Source of the DNA: Rhizaria sp. SCN 62-66
Lineage: Eukaryota
Direction: 5' to 3'
DNA length: 55,930 bases
NCBI GenBank assembly: GCA_001724265.1
Contig: MEDY01000248.1
Coordinates: 1-55,930, forward strand
The translations under genes and the position numbers were made by a program. Below the pieces are notes generated by a model that was given only the letters and a program-made list of their open reading frames with translations, searched no databases and was not told where the DNA came from. This document shows positions 21,421-34,900 of the stretch, piece after piece. Each line of letters starts with the position of its first letter. The stretch's first letter is position 1.

Positions 21421-22841
21421 ATGAGTTCAAAACCTGCTTCTGAACCCGCTGCAAAGCCTACAAAAGTATCTCGCAAGCGTGCCGCCGAGCCAGACAAGGA
21501 GGGTGGTAATGAAGGCAAAAAGGACAAAGATAAGAACGGCGGCAAAGAGCGGGACAAGTCGACTGCAGGGACGACAGCGCTGCATTTGGGCTTCGTGCGC
21601 TTTCATCGCGCAGCAGTGCAGCTCGCCACGCTTGCCGCAGCGCGCGCACGTCCCCTGCTGCTCTCTGAGCTGCCCCCCGCCCTCCTGCCCCTCCCAGCGA
21701 CGACGATGACGGCTGCGGCAGGCGCTGGCTCGGCGCAACAAGGAGGCCATGTGCTCCCGCCGCAGCCGCTTCCGTGGCTGCAGCACAGCCTGCTGGCGGC
21801 GAATGCGGCGCTGCTGCGGTCGCGGCCGCGGCTGCCGCTGTGCGCGCCGACCGTGGCCGTGCCGGTGTCGGCCTCGCCCGCAGCGCCAGCTGGCAGCTGG
21901 GTCGCCGCCGCGCTCCTCTCGCTCTCTCTCCCGCCCTCGCGCGCCCATGTCCACGCCGACGCGGGAGGGCCGCTGCGCGTGCCGGTGCTGTGGCTGCCGC
22001 ACCGCGCGCTCCGCAGCTCCGGCGGCGGCGGCGGCGGTGGCGGCATGGCGGGGCTGGCGCTGGCCGCGCTGCCCATGCTGCCGCTGCTGCGCGCGCGCGC
22101 GCCGGGGCCCGGGCTGCTGCGCTGCGCCGAGCGCGCCGCCTGCGTGCGCGACTGCGCCGCCGCGGCCGCCGCCGCGCTCGCGGCCGAGCTCGCGCTCGCC
22201 AAAAGCGCAGCCGCGACAGCAACAACGACTGCGGGTGGAGCTGGAGCTGACGCTGATGCAGAAGAGGTGGACGGGGCTGCAAACGTGAACCCGGACGCGA
22301 GTGCAAGTCTCGGCGAGCTCGCCGCCGCGGGCATCCCGCTGGGCCCCCTGGCCGCCGCCGCCGTGCCTGCCGCCGTCATCTCGCTCTGCCGCGACGATGA
22401 CGCAGCAGCCCCTGAGTGTGGCGCAGCCGATGCGGCCACTGCTTCCGAGTCGGCGGCCGCTGTGTCGGCGGAGCTGAGGGAGGCACGGCGGGAGCTGGAG
22501 GAGGCCGTGGCGGCGCTGCGGCACGCGCAGGCCGAGGCAGTGGCCGTCGCGGGCCAGCGCGCGCGCTACGACGCGCACATAACCAGGTACGCAAGCCAGG
22601 TCCATAGATCATGAACTTTGGTAACTCTGCACAAATGTTGTATGTACGCGAAGCTCATCGCATTGACACTGTTTCTGCTATTGTTTGTACTTCTGTGCTG
22701 CTCGCGCCGCGCAGGCTGCACGAGTACAACGAGATCAAGGACGTGGGCCAGGCACTGCTGGGCATGTTGGCGCAGATGGCCGGCGGCGGCACCACAACCA
22801 AAGACCTGTACGAGGTCTATGGGCTCGAGTTCGACGACTAA
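21421..22841 (+). CDS. SWI5: DNA repair/recombination mediator Swi5 (Sae3) homolog with long N-terminal extension (430 aa), 2 exons
   Basis: Exon 21421-22586, intron 22587-22714 (gtacgc...gcag), exon 22715-22841. The join gives YDAHITRLHEYNEIKDVGQALLGMLAQ...TTKDLYEVYGLEFDD, the Swi5 signature. Ends TAA. True start codon uncertain. Confidence 0.88.
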
Positions 22842-23228
22842 ATAGGAAATAATGAGCCATAACAATAATAAAAAATTTCTTGCACTATACTTCAACTCTA
22901 CACTCGCGTAACTCTGTTGTGACGTGCTGTGCAATTGAAGTACTGATTCCACCACAACCACGATCAAATGCCACATCAGCCAAGCTCAGCAACGATACTG
23001 GAGTGTGGAAATTTCATGAAATTGATCGTCTATCGAGATTATATCACAGTATGTATTATAATAATCATGTTTCATTGTTTTTTGAAAATGATTCTTCTTG
23101 AAGAGGTGCATATCATTCACTACGCTGTCTGTGATAAGACGCCCTCACATGTAGATGCTCACCATCTCTTCGTTTGCTCTTTTCACGCGACATTCCGCCC
23201 CCCGTCCTCACATAGGTCTGCAACACTC

Positions 23229-24365
23229 ATGGCTGAGCGTATGCAGGATGATCCGCACTCAGACGGTGCGCCAGACTTTAACGTTGAAGGTGAGACCACT
23301 GTTGAGTACCGTTGCGCAGACACAGGTTCGTGCACCTCCTCATCACCTCATCGAACTCTTCCTGACGCCTCAAATTTCGTCTCATCTTTCCTTTTCTACC
23401 AAGACTGCCAGTAAATCATGTTCATTTATTGTTGGATATTTTGCTTTTTGTTCCTTTTCATCGTCATTCTAGGCGTGTTGCTGCGCGAAGAGGTGCTGAC
23501 GGCGCAACAGGTGCGTGTGGCGCAGCTGCTCTCCTCGGTGCGCGGCGCCGTCGCGGCGGGCGACGCCACGCGCGCGCTGGACCTGGCCATCCAGGCCGTG
23601 CGCGCGCAGCACCCCGAGAGCGGCGAGGCCGCCGTCTTCGGCTACATCAACCGCGCCAAGGAGCAGTACTTTGCCGAAAACCCCGACTCTCCCTTTGCGC
23701 CGCCGCCGGCGCAGCAGTCGCAGGCGCAGGCGCAGGCGCAGCTGCAGTCTCAGCAGCAGCACGCTGTGAGCAAGGCTGCGCTGCCGACTGCCGCTGAGCG
23801 CGCGGAGGCCGTCGCGGCCGAGCTGGCCTCGGACGGCGCGAGCGCGAACGAGCAGCTGGCGGCGCTGCTGGCGATGCAGGGGCAACTGCACGCGCAGAGC
23901 CAGCTGGGCGGCACCGTCCGCCGCCGCACGACCCCCGCGGAGGCGCAACAGGCGGCGCAGCAGGCGGCGCAGTCCAGCAGCAGCAGCGAAGCGGCGCAAC
24001 AGGTGGGGTGGCTGTCGAGCGTGTTTGGCATGCTTTCGCTTTCCTCCTGGCGCGGCAGCAACAGCGACGACAAGAGCAAGAACAACAACGAGACAGATGC
24101 GGGACCCGCTGCTGCGGGCGAACTTGACCTGAGTGGGTATAAAGAGGGAGTGGTTGTCGACGCGCGGCGTGACGAGGACTCGGTGCCGATTCTCGAGCAG
24201 CAGGGGCTGGGTGCGGTGCTCGACAGCCTGGCGCAGAGCGAAGACTCAGTCGTGTGCGTATGGTGCAATGGGCTCATTGCGCGGCGCCGCATGGAGGCGC
24301 ACGCAAAGTATTGGTGCGAGGCTAGTCCGCACGTGCAGGACCTTGAGGAAGACGATGACGATTGA
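23229..24365 (+). CDS. Conserved hypothetical protein with C-terminal C2HC zinc finger (329 aa), 2 exons
   Basis: Exon 23229-23325, intron 23326-23472 (gttcgt...ctag), exon 23473-24365. Helical N-domain (LLSSVRGAVAAGDATRALDLAIQAVR...RAKEQY) and C-terminal CVWCNGLIARRRMEAHAKYWC (C-x2-C-x12-H-x4-C). Ends TGA. Confidence 0.8.
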
Positions 24366-24574
24366 TTCAAGAGCTGTGCAGCTGGTCCGGGCCAATCATA
24401 CTAACTTAATTTGAGTGAATTGTGACATAAATACATAGATTTGAGTTTAATTTGATTTCCTGAAGAGCATATGTGCTATTCTGTTTTCGTCACAGATCTT
24501 TGTCGCTCGGATATCGCGCTCATTTTCATTCCCTGGAAATTAGGTGCGCTGCTTGATCAAAATGGCATTATATA

Positions 24575-25045
24575 GGTTATCAATTAAATAACAAATTTAA
24601 TAATTTATAAATTAAATGTATTTGTTTATTTTAGAAACATTTTAAGAGGAACAAAAGTCTTTTTGATAATATAAAGTAAAATACTATTAAAAATAGTTCA
24701 AAATTTTTTATTAAATAGTAAATGTGTTTATAATTATTTTACTTGCTAAGGTACTAATATTTGGCATTTTGGTTTAAAATATATTGATCTAAGAAAATAG
24801 ACACATAAAGTTCACTCAAACAAAAAAAATGATAAACAGTTAATAATATGATGATAACGTTTTTAATACTGTTTTTATTCGTTTAATTACATATATGTAT
24901 ATATAATTCTCTATAAAGAAGGAAACCATTTAATTAAAATGTAATTGGTATTAGTTATCATTTAAATATTTATAACATTTGTAAACATGAATTATATGCT
25001 TATCTCATTGTATACTCACATCTCTTAGCAATTTCATTTAATAAA
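24575..25045. other. Extremely AT-rich island
   Basis: ~470 bp of A/T-dominated sequence, visibly more AT-rich than any other intergenic gap in the window. Confidence 0.8.
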
Positions 25046-25753
25046 TGGTGATCGTGCAACGTCAGAGCCCGGTGATTCCTTGGCACTGAGAGTCCCTAGT
25101 GAGCGCCGCACTCATCTTCCAGTTGCAATAACTGTGATAAGAGAACTTGCGCGGTCTGCAACGAGAGTAGTGCTCCGTGTGCTCATGGATGAGCACCAGG
25201 CCCTCGGGCATGTGGAAGCCCTCGTGGAGTCAGTAGACGCGCGCTCCTCGCCCATCCAGTTGGAGACGATGTCGCGCATCTTCTCGCTGGTGCCGGGACG
25301 CATCGACATGCCGTTGGGCTCGACGGAAGTCTCCGACTTCATCGGTAGCACGTTGCCGTCGCATCAGAAGTATGAGTACTTATGAGTTGGACATAAGCCG
25401 TTCTGATACATAATGCGCTATCTGGTGGCAAAAAAATTTATTAAGGCAACGCTAACAGAGAAAACAATTGCTATTCTCATCAATGAGTGTTTCGTATTGC
25501 ACTAAATCTGTTTTAGACACTGAACTTCGATCACAGTCATGAGGAAAAGAAGAAGAATACTGTATCGGCTGGAGGCTGGCGTTCAAAGTGGACGGTGGTT
25601 ACTTGATCAACTTGAATTGGCAATGTGAAATCGCAGAGATATCATCTGTCAATAGCAATATTATGAATGGGGCACACATTTAACCTAAGCGAACAACTTA
25701 TATCACTTTATTAAATTTCTTAAATTTGCGTTTGTCAACGTCTGTTCGCAGAA

Positions 25754-28700
25754 ATGGATTGGGGCTCGTTCGAATCCGTCTCCAAGAAGTCCTCCGCCTC
25801 CGGCGCCGGCAAGAAGGGTTCCGGTGGTGGTACTAAGAAGAACGCGCAGCACGACGCGATGCTCAAGGCGTGGGGTATCACTGACCTTGAGGACGCCGGC
25901 ACTACGCGCGCTTCTAATCCCGCGCAGCGCCGTGCAGTCGCGGCCGCCGACGACCTCTCGTTCGCAGCCATTGCTGCCGCCGCCGCTGAGGTCACTTCGC
26001 CCGCGCCCGTTGCGCCCGCGCCCACTGCCGCGCTCGTTCCCGACACGACAGAGATTGACTTTAGCAGCAGCAGCAGCGGCAGCGACAACGAGAGCGACGC
26101 TGACGCCGACGCCGACTCTGACGCCGAGACGGAGGACAAGGGCCAGGGCAAGGGAAACAACTCCTTGTCGTCCGCGCTCGCCACTCTCGGCCTGAACACC
26201 GCCGCCACCACGACCCCCGCGGTCGTTGCAGGCCCCCAGTTACCTTTCTTGTGCTCGTCCTCTCAAGCACTCGCTTCCGCATCAGTCTCGGCCTCCGCCG
26301 CATCCTCTGCCTCGTCTTCTGCTTCGACGGAGCCCGTCGAGACTGCGACCGGGGCCGTGGCGTTCCCCGCGCCGCCCGCGCGCCCGGCGCCACTGACGGC
26401 GCTGCCGCTGCACCTGCCGCGCGCGCTGGCGCTGCTGTCGGCGCGGTCGCGGCCCGTGGCGGCGGCCGCGGCGGCGCACGTGCTGGCGGTGCTCGAGGCC
26501 TCATTGGGCTGGCGCGTCGCCGTCGCCACCGCCTGCGACGCCGTCGTGCCCGAGACCGACCTCATGACCGCCACCGCGCTTGCGCCAGCCCTCGCGCCTG
26601 CGCAGCAGCAGGCGGCGCAGGCGTTTGGCCCCGCTGCCGCCCCCATTGCTGGCGAGGCTGAGGGTGGCGCCAGCCCAAGCGCCGCCGCCGACGCCCCGGT
26701 GTCGGCCAGCTTCGCGGCCGCGGCCGCGCACGGGCTGAGCGCGGCCGAGGCCCTGGCGCTGGCCCGGACCCCCGTGCTGCTGCTCGCGCCCTACGCCCAG
26801 GCCCACTGCGGCGCACAGTCTTCGCAGTCTTTACAGTCTTCACATTTTTCACAGTTTTCACAGTCGCAGCTAACTCTGCCCGCGCCGCTGCCGGTGTGGG
26901 CGCGGTGCGACGACGGCAGCGTCTCGGCAGCGGACTTCGAGCTCAAGACGCGCACGCGCCTTGTCGCGGTACTCTCGCCCGAGCAGCAGCGCCGTCTCGA
27001 GGACGAGGAGGACGGCGACGACGACCACGACGACCGCAGCGGCAGCAGCAGCGACAGGCACGGGGCCGCTGTCAAGATGCTCACCCTCGACAACACGAAC
27101 AACAACAGCTCTAGCAGCGGCAGCAGCGGCAGTGGGAGTGGTGGCGAGAGCGCACTGCAGCTGCCCGCGCGCTTCGCCCCGTTCCCATTCCCGCGGTCTG
27201 GCCCCGCGGCGGGCTACTGCGCCGTGCTCTGGGACGCGCTGCGCCCGCTGCTGCGCGCCGTTGCCGCGCCCGCGCTCGCCGAGGCGACGCGCGAGACGGC
27301 CGCGCGCGCGCTGCTGCTCGTCGTCGCGGCGCTGCCCGCCGCCACAGACGCCACAGTCGCTTCCACTCATCACAATCGCGGTCACGATCTCAGCTCTAGC
27401 TCTAGCTCTAGTGCGATTGGCATGCGCGACCTGACCTGGGAGCGCGGGCTGCGGGCGGCCGCGCGGCGCGCCGGCCTCAGTCTGGCCGAGCTGCTGGCGG
27501 CCGCCACGGACGCGGGGCTGCGCGCGCGCATCCGCCATAGTAAGGAGGCGGGGGACGGCGATGCGCCGAGCGAGCAGATGGCCGCTGTGGAGCAGGCCTG
27601 GCGCGAAATCGCGGCGGCCTCGGCGGCTGCAGCGACCACGGCCACGGCTACAGTCGCAGCGCCATCTGTTAAGCAGCAGAACCTGCAGAAGCAGCGGCAC
27701 CAGTCCCTCTCGATCCTCCAGTCCGCGTCCGTGGGCTCCGCTGCCGAGTCCGACGGCGGCGGCGACGGCGACGGCGCGCAGGCGGGCGCGGCGCTGCTGC
27801 TGCGCAAGCCCTCCTGGGTGACCTTCTCCGAGACCATGAAGGGCTCCTCTCACGCTGGCGCCGACCCCACCGACGGCGACGGCGACGGCGACGGCGACGG
27901 GAGCGGGAGTGTGGGGACGGACGAGGGCGGCGCGGCGCTGCCGGCGGCGTGGGCGGCGCATTCGCTGGCGCGCGCGCTGCCGCTGCTGGTGCCAGTGCTG
28001 GCGCTGCGCCTGATCAGGCCCGGCACGCGTCTGCACGTCGACCGGCCGGGCTACCAGCACCCGAACGCCAGCGCGGCCGCGGCCGAGGCCGACGAGTACG
28101 ACTGCAACCCGGAGGCCGCGGACAGGGTCGGCCGCGGCACCTTCACCAACGCCAGCCCCCACAGCGCTGGCGCCAGCTCGAGTGCGAGCGCGAGCGCGAG
28201 TGCTAAGGGCAAGGAGAAGAGCAGTGCTGAGGAGATGGCCGCCTTCGTGTCGTCTCTCGAGAACAGCGCTAATGACGGCAGCGGCGGCAGCAGCGGCAGC
28301 AGCAGCAGCGCCGAGTTCGGGACTCTGAGCAACCGGTCCGCGGACGCGGGCGAGCTGGGCCAGGAGCCCAGCGAAGACGTGCGCTACCTGCTCACGCTGC
28401 TGCTGGCGCTGTTGCTGCAGCGGTGCTCGCCGCGTGACCTGGAGCCCTACCTGCTCGACGTCGCCTACATCGCGCGGTCGCTGCTGAGCGACTCGCACCC
28501 GGCCGTGCTGGCAGTGGCGCCCGCGCGCGTGGTGACGCCGCTGGCGCGGCTCTTCCCGCACGCGCTGCGCCCGCTCGCGCCCGCGCTCATCTACGGGCTG
28601 CTGCCGCTGCTGCGCCACCGCCACGCGCGCGTGCGGCTGTCCGCGCTCTCGGCGCTGGAGCCGCTGCTGCACGCGGGCGGCTCGGACCTGCTGCGCGACC

Positions 28701-31289
28701 TCGCCGGCTTCCGGGAGGGCAACGTCATCGTCGTCAAGGAGTTCTTCGAAGGCGGCTCGCGGCTTAACTTTTTCGCCGCGCTGGTGGCGGACCCCGCGCT
28801 CAAGGTGCGCGCGCGCTTCTACGCGCTCTGCGCACGCCTGCTCGAGTGCCTTGCGGACCGCCACGACTACGAGACGCTCATCATGCCCTACCTGCTCTCG
28901 GGCGTCGCGGACGAGGCAGGGCCAACTGCTAACTCTAGCTCTGCTGCTGCGGGCAGCGGGCCGAGCGCGGGCGCGCGCGTGTGCGTGGCTGCGGCGCGCG
29001 CGGTGGCGGCGATGGGCGAGGCGCACGAGCGCGACCCGGTGTTCCTGGCGCGCGAGGACGTGACGCTGCAGCGGCTCGCCGACGCCCGCCGCGCGCGCGA
29101 GCTCTGCCTGGACTCGTGCGTGCCTGTGCTGCCGCCGCCCTTCGCCGCGCTGGGCCGCCCCGGGCTGGGCTGCCGCGTGACCGTGCTGCGCTTCGTGCAG
29201 CGGCTGCTGCCGGCCGTGCTGGAGGAGCTGGGCGACTGGCGCGCGGCCACGCAGCGCCGCTCGCTCACGCTGCTGCGCACGCTGCTCGTCTACGCCGAGG
29301 GCTTCGTCAACGCGGCCGCGCCACAGCTCGTGCGCGCCTTCTGCGAGGTCGCCGCGGGCGAGGAGGACGCCGCGCGCAGGCGCAGGCTCGCGTGGGCGCC
29401 CGCCAAGCACATGCTCCTGGCCGAGCTCCTGCTGCAGACTCCGTCGCAGACTCTGCCACAGACTGGCGTCAGCGCTGCCGCCGCCGCTGCTGCTGCTGTT
29501 GCTGCCGTCCTCGCGAGCGGGCCGCAGCCCCCTGAGGCGCGGCTGCTGGCACAGCTGCGCGGCCGCACGCGGGCCGTTGCGCGCGCCTGGCGCAGGCTCG
29601 CCGCCGCGATGGCAGCTGGCAGTCAGAACGGCGACCGTGCGCAGCGCGCGCGCGCCGTGCTGGCCCGCGGCGGCGTCATCACGCCGGAGCTGCTCGCCTC
29701 TCTTGGCGACGACAGTCACGACGGCGGTGACGGCGGCGACGACGCTGATGCCGCGGTGGACGTGTCCGGGGTTGTCGGCGGGCTAATTGAGCTCGGTGAC
29801 AGCCCCCTGTGGCAGCCGCTCAGCCCTCACGGCGGTGGCGCCACGGCGGCTGCGGCTGCGCGCTGCAGCGGCGGCGTGGCGGTGCACGCGCTGTCGGCGC
29901 CGCAGCACTGCCTGCTGCTGGTGGGCCGCAACGCCGCGCCCGCGCCGCTGCTCTCGCTGCTGCTGCCCGCCGCGCTGGGCGACGCGCCCGCCACGCTACT
30001 CTCGTCCGCCTCTGCCGCGGCCGCCGGGGCCGGTGGTTCTGCTGTCTGGGCGGGGGCGTACCGCGCGCGCGCCGTGGCAATCGTGGCGGGGCTGCTGCCT
30101 GCGGTGCCCGCCGCGCTGGCCTGGGCGCCTGCCGCCGCGGTGCTGGCCACCGTCGCCGCGGGGGTCGCGCCGGCCGCTAGGGCAGCGCACTCGGTCACCC
30201 AGCGCAGCCAGCAGCGCCGCGGCGACGACAGCGCCGGCGACAGCGACAGCGAGGACCACGAGGGCGGCGAGGGCGCCAAGGCTGGCGGCAGCCGCGAGCT
30301 GCTGCTATCATGGGACGCAGGGCTGGTGCTGGCGGCGGCGCGCGCGCTGGCGGCGCTGTGCGCGCTGCCCTGGGCGCGGCTCGTGGCCGACGCCGCGGCC
30401 GCCGAGGTCCGCAGCGGCGCCGCGCTGGTGGACGTCTTCGCCTCGGTCTCCGCCAGCAAGCAGAGCGAGAGCCAGAGCCAGAGCAAGAGCAAGAGTCATG
30501 ACGGCGACAGCGACGGCGACGGCGAGCTGAGCGCGCGTGAGGCCGAGGGCGCGGTGTTCCGGCTGTGGGAGTGCGTTGCCGCGCTCAAGGGTTGGGTTCT
30601 GGCGCAGGCCGCGCTGCTGCCCGCCCACGCCGCCGACGCGCTCACCGTCGGGCTCCCGCTCCCGCTCCCGCAGACGCAGACGCAGACGCAGAGCGCGGCG
30701 GTGAAGGGCACCAAGAGGGGCAACGGGGCCGTGATGCTCGCGGTGCCTGCGGACAGCGCAGAGTCTGAGGGCAGCGTCACCGTGCAGGTGCCGCTGCTGC
30801 CTGCGTACGCCGGCTGCCTCCGCGCCGTCGGCCCCAGCACACGCAGCGCTGCCAAGAGCCAGAACAAGAGCGCCGGGGCTAAGACGGTCGTGGACTCGTC
30901 GTCGTTCCTGACGTCGACGACCACCACCGTGACCAGCGTCCCATCTGACTCTGCCGCCGCTGCCACCGACGCTATGGCGGGTCTCAGTGATCCGGCGGCG
31001 CTGCTGCCGAAGGCGGCGCTGTCCGCCGCCGAGGCTGCCGAGGCCGACGCGCTGCTGGCGCTGGCGCTGGCCCGCCTCTGGGTGCGCCGCCTCGAGCTCC
31101 GCGCCCTGCTCGCGCTGTCTGAGTCGTCATCACCGCATGGCAGCGCAGATGTTGCCGCTGTGGTGCAAGCCGAGACCGCGGCGGCCGAGGCGGCTCTGGG
31201 CGCGGCGGGTGCGACGGCGGTGGCCGAGGGCGCCTGGCCCGATTACCTGCTGCTGCGCGCGCGCCTGCTCGCTGACGGCAACAGCAAGA

Positions 31290-31325
<36 letters not shown>

Positions 31326-31735
31326 CCAGCGTGCCACAGAGCGTCGAGGCGGTGGCCCTGGCAGCGCACGAGTGCTTGCTCGCGCGCCTCGCCGCCGCCG
31401 CCGCCGTAGAGGCCGCCGCAACCGCTGCCGTTGCCGAGGCGGGCTACACTGTGCGCGTGCCTCCTATGCAGTCGCAGTCCCACTCGCAGTCGCAGTGTGA
31501 GCGTGACGGCTACAGTCCCCGCGCAGAGTGCCTAGAGAACAGCGTGGGCCGCCTGCCCCGGGGCGCTGTCAACTTCACGCCGGGTGCTGGGGCCGTCCTG
31601 TCGCCCGCTGCGGCCGCGACCGAGGCGACGGCTCACGCGGCGCGCATGAAGGCCACCGTTACCGCGGCCGCGGGCGGCGCCTCTCTGGGGGCAGTCCGCG
31701 CGCTCGCGCAAACCTACCTCGCCCACGTCCTTTAA
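25754..31735 (+). CDS. DNAAF5: Dynein axonemal assembly factor 5 / HEATR2-like HEAT-repeat protein (1993 aa, intronless)
   Basis: EPSEDVRYLL, LLPLLRHRHARVRLSAL, LVADPALKVR, LADRHDYETLIMPYLLSGVADE and RPGLGCRVTVLRFVQRLLPAVLEELGDW...LLRTLLVYAE match recalled HEATR2 blocks. Ends TAA. Confidence 0.82.
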
Positions 31736-31964
31736 GAATTATTGATTTATAGCGGATATGATCCGTCAATAGAGAACTCATTATTACCACATTTTAAAAG
31801 TTTAAGCACAGTTTTTATTCATCATATTATAACTTTCAAATCCCTTTTCATGACTTCTTTCCAAGTAAGAAGAGCTTTGGCGCCTACAACTGCAAAACCA
31901 GGTTTCCACTTTCCTTCTTCCGAACATCTCGCGCTTCACTTTGACGCGTAGAAGCCACTCCACG

Positions 31965-34900
31965 ATGCAGGTCGTGACCGTTGAGGGGCTGGATGTAGAG
32001 TTTCCGTTTGAGCCCTACGCGGAGCAGGTTGCGTACATGGCCGCAGTGATCCGCGCGCTGGACGGCAAGACCAACGCGCTGCTCGAGTCGCCCACCGGCA
32101 CCGGCAAAACGCTCTGTCTGCTCTGCGCCACGCTCGCCTGGACGCGCCGCGAGCGCGCGCGGCTTGAGTTTGAGGCCGGCGTTGTCGGCAGCGCTGAGAA
32201 GCTCCGCCAGCGCGCTGGCGCCACCCTCCGCGCTAAACAACAGCTGCAGCAGCAACAGCAACAGCAAGCGGCCGCCTGCAATATGAGTGCCAACGACAGC
32301 CAGAACCTTGACGCCGCCTTCGACATCCTCACAGGCGCTAGCGCCGCTGCGGGCGCGGGCGCCGGCGCGGGCGCTAGCGCCGCTGCGGGCGCGGGCGCCG
32401 GCGCGGGCGCGACGCTGATCACGCAGACGGCGTACGAGACGAAGCGGTCGGTGGCGGCGGACACGACCGTGACGGAGGCGTCGGCGGACAGCTACCTGCC
32501 GCGCATCATCTACTCGTCGCGCACACACTCGCAGCTGGCGCAGGTGATGAAGGAGCTGCGGCGCTGCCGGTTTGCGCCCGCCGTGAACGTGCGCACCCTG
32601 GCGTCGCGGCAGCAGCTGTGCACCAACCCGGCGGTGCGGCCGCTCGACGGCGCCTCGCAGAACACCGTGTGCCGCTCGCTGGTGCGGAACCGGCAGTGCC
32701 CGCAACACCGCAAGACCGAGGCCGTGCTGCTGGACCGGCCCGACTTTATGTCGCGGCAGCTGCTCGACATCGAGGAGCTGGCCGAGGCCGCCGACACGGA
32801 CCGTCTGTGCGGCTACTTCCTCTCGCGGCACGACGTGGCGGCCGCCGAGGTGGTGCTGGTGCCCTACAACTACCTGATCGACCCCACGGTGCGCCAGTCG
32901 ATGGGGCTGGAGGCACTGCTGGCCAACGCCGTGGTGATTGTGGACGAGGCGCACAACATTGAGTCGGTGTGCGAGGACTCGGCGTCGTTCGAGCTCACCC
33001 CCCACGCCATCGCGCTGGCCGTCAACGACGCCGAGGAGGCGGAGCGTCGGCTGCGCGAGCTCACGGAGCGCGCCAAGATGCTCAACGATCCGGCCGTGTA
33101 CGACACGCCCGCGACGGTGCACGTGCGCAGGCAGGCGCGCAAGCTCGCCGTCGTCGAGGTCCAGCACGTGCTGACGCTGCTGCTCGGCCTCCAGGCCGCG
33201 CTGCAGCAGCAGCCCACGGGCTCAAGCAGCAACTGCGGCGGCGACTTCTCGTGGATGGAGCAGTTTGAGATCAAGCAGACCGAGGCCGGGCGCCAGAGCT
33301 CCAACGGCGGCAGCGGCAACTGCGGCAAGACTTACAGCGCCAAGATGCTCGTCCAGCTTTTCCGACGAGTACGTGACAAGAGCGGTGCGAATTCGCTTGA
33401 TTTCTGTTACCAGCTTCAAAAAAATTATTGGGAAAACAAATTTTATCATTTATCATTTATCATTTATTGATCATATATAATATCTCATGATTCAGATTCA
33501 TATTGTATTTTGTATTTTTTTTTTTTTACATTTTTTGTTCAGGTGGCGAATGTGAACCACAACAACTTCGACTCGACGGTGGTGCTGATCGAGTCGATCG
33601 TGTCCTTCCTGATCGCGGACACGGTCAACGCCATCGGCACGGGCGAGTCCCCGGCCGCGGGCGGCGGCCGCACCACGAGCTACCTGCAGCCGGTGGCGGA
33701 TATCATGACGCTGCTGTACAGCACGCCCGCGCAGGAGATGCGCGAGTACGACGCGCTCTACAAGGTGCATCTGCACGACAGCGCCGGCGCGCGCGGGGGC
33801 GCATCTGCCGCGCCCAGCAACAGTGGCAACAAGCAGATGCAGGTGCGCAGCAACGCGAACTTCTTCGGCGACCAGTCCGGCGGCGGCGGGCCCGCGCCCG
33901 TGGCCGCCAGCGGCCTCACGCTGTCGTACTGGTGCTTCTCGTCCTCGGTCGCGATGGCGGCGCTGCGGCGGACCTTCTACCGCTCCATGTTGCTGACCTC
34001 GGGCACGCTGGCGCCGCTGGACGCCTTCGAGCGCGCGCTGGGCGTGCCGTTCGCGCAGAAACTGTCCAACGCGCACGTGGTGAGCCGCGACCAGGTCTTC
34101 GCGGGCGTGCTCGAGACGGGCCCCGCGGGCGCGCGCCTGGTGTCGTCGTTCGAGACGCGCGACAACGAGGAGGTGCGCTCGGACCTGGGCCGCGCGATCG
34201 CGGGCGCCGTGCGGCTCATCCCCGACGGCGTGCTCGTCTTCTTCCCATCGTACCCCGCCATGGAGGCCGCGCTCGTGGCCTGGGCGCGCGAGCCCGGCGC
34301 GCCGCCGCCCGCGCCGCCCTCCCGCACGCTCTACAACGCCGGCCGCGGCGGCGGCGCCAGCGGCGGGGGCAGCAACAGCGGCGGCGTGGCGTGGCGGCTG
34401 GAGCAGGCGTTGCGCCGCGGGCTGGCCTCGGGCGACGGCTCGGTGCTGGCGACCGCGGTCCACGCCGACTCGATCCTGGCGGGCATCCAGCGGTACAAGC
34501 CCGTGGTGGTGGAACCGCGGCAGTCGGCGCAGTTTGCGGCGACGATGCAGCGCTACAAGGAGAGCGTTGAGTCGCGCCGCGGCGCCGTCTTCTTCGGCGT
34601 CTGCCGCGGCAAGGCTTCGGAGGGCTTCGACTTCGCTGACACGGCTGCGCGCGGCGTCATCGTCACGGGCATGCCCTATGCCAGCGCCATGGACCCGCGC
34701 GTGCAGCTCAAGCGCTACACGCTCAACCAGCAATGCGCCGCCGCCGCCTCCTCGCCCCCGGCGCAGCGCGGCGCCGCGCAGCGCGGTAGCGCGATGGGCC
34801 TAGGGCTGATGAGCGGCAAGGAATGGTACGACCTCTCGGCGGCGCGCGCGGTCAACCAGGCCGTGGGGCGCGTGATCCGGCACCGCCGCGACTTCGGCGC

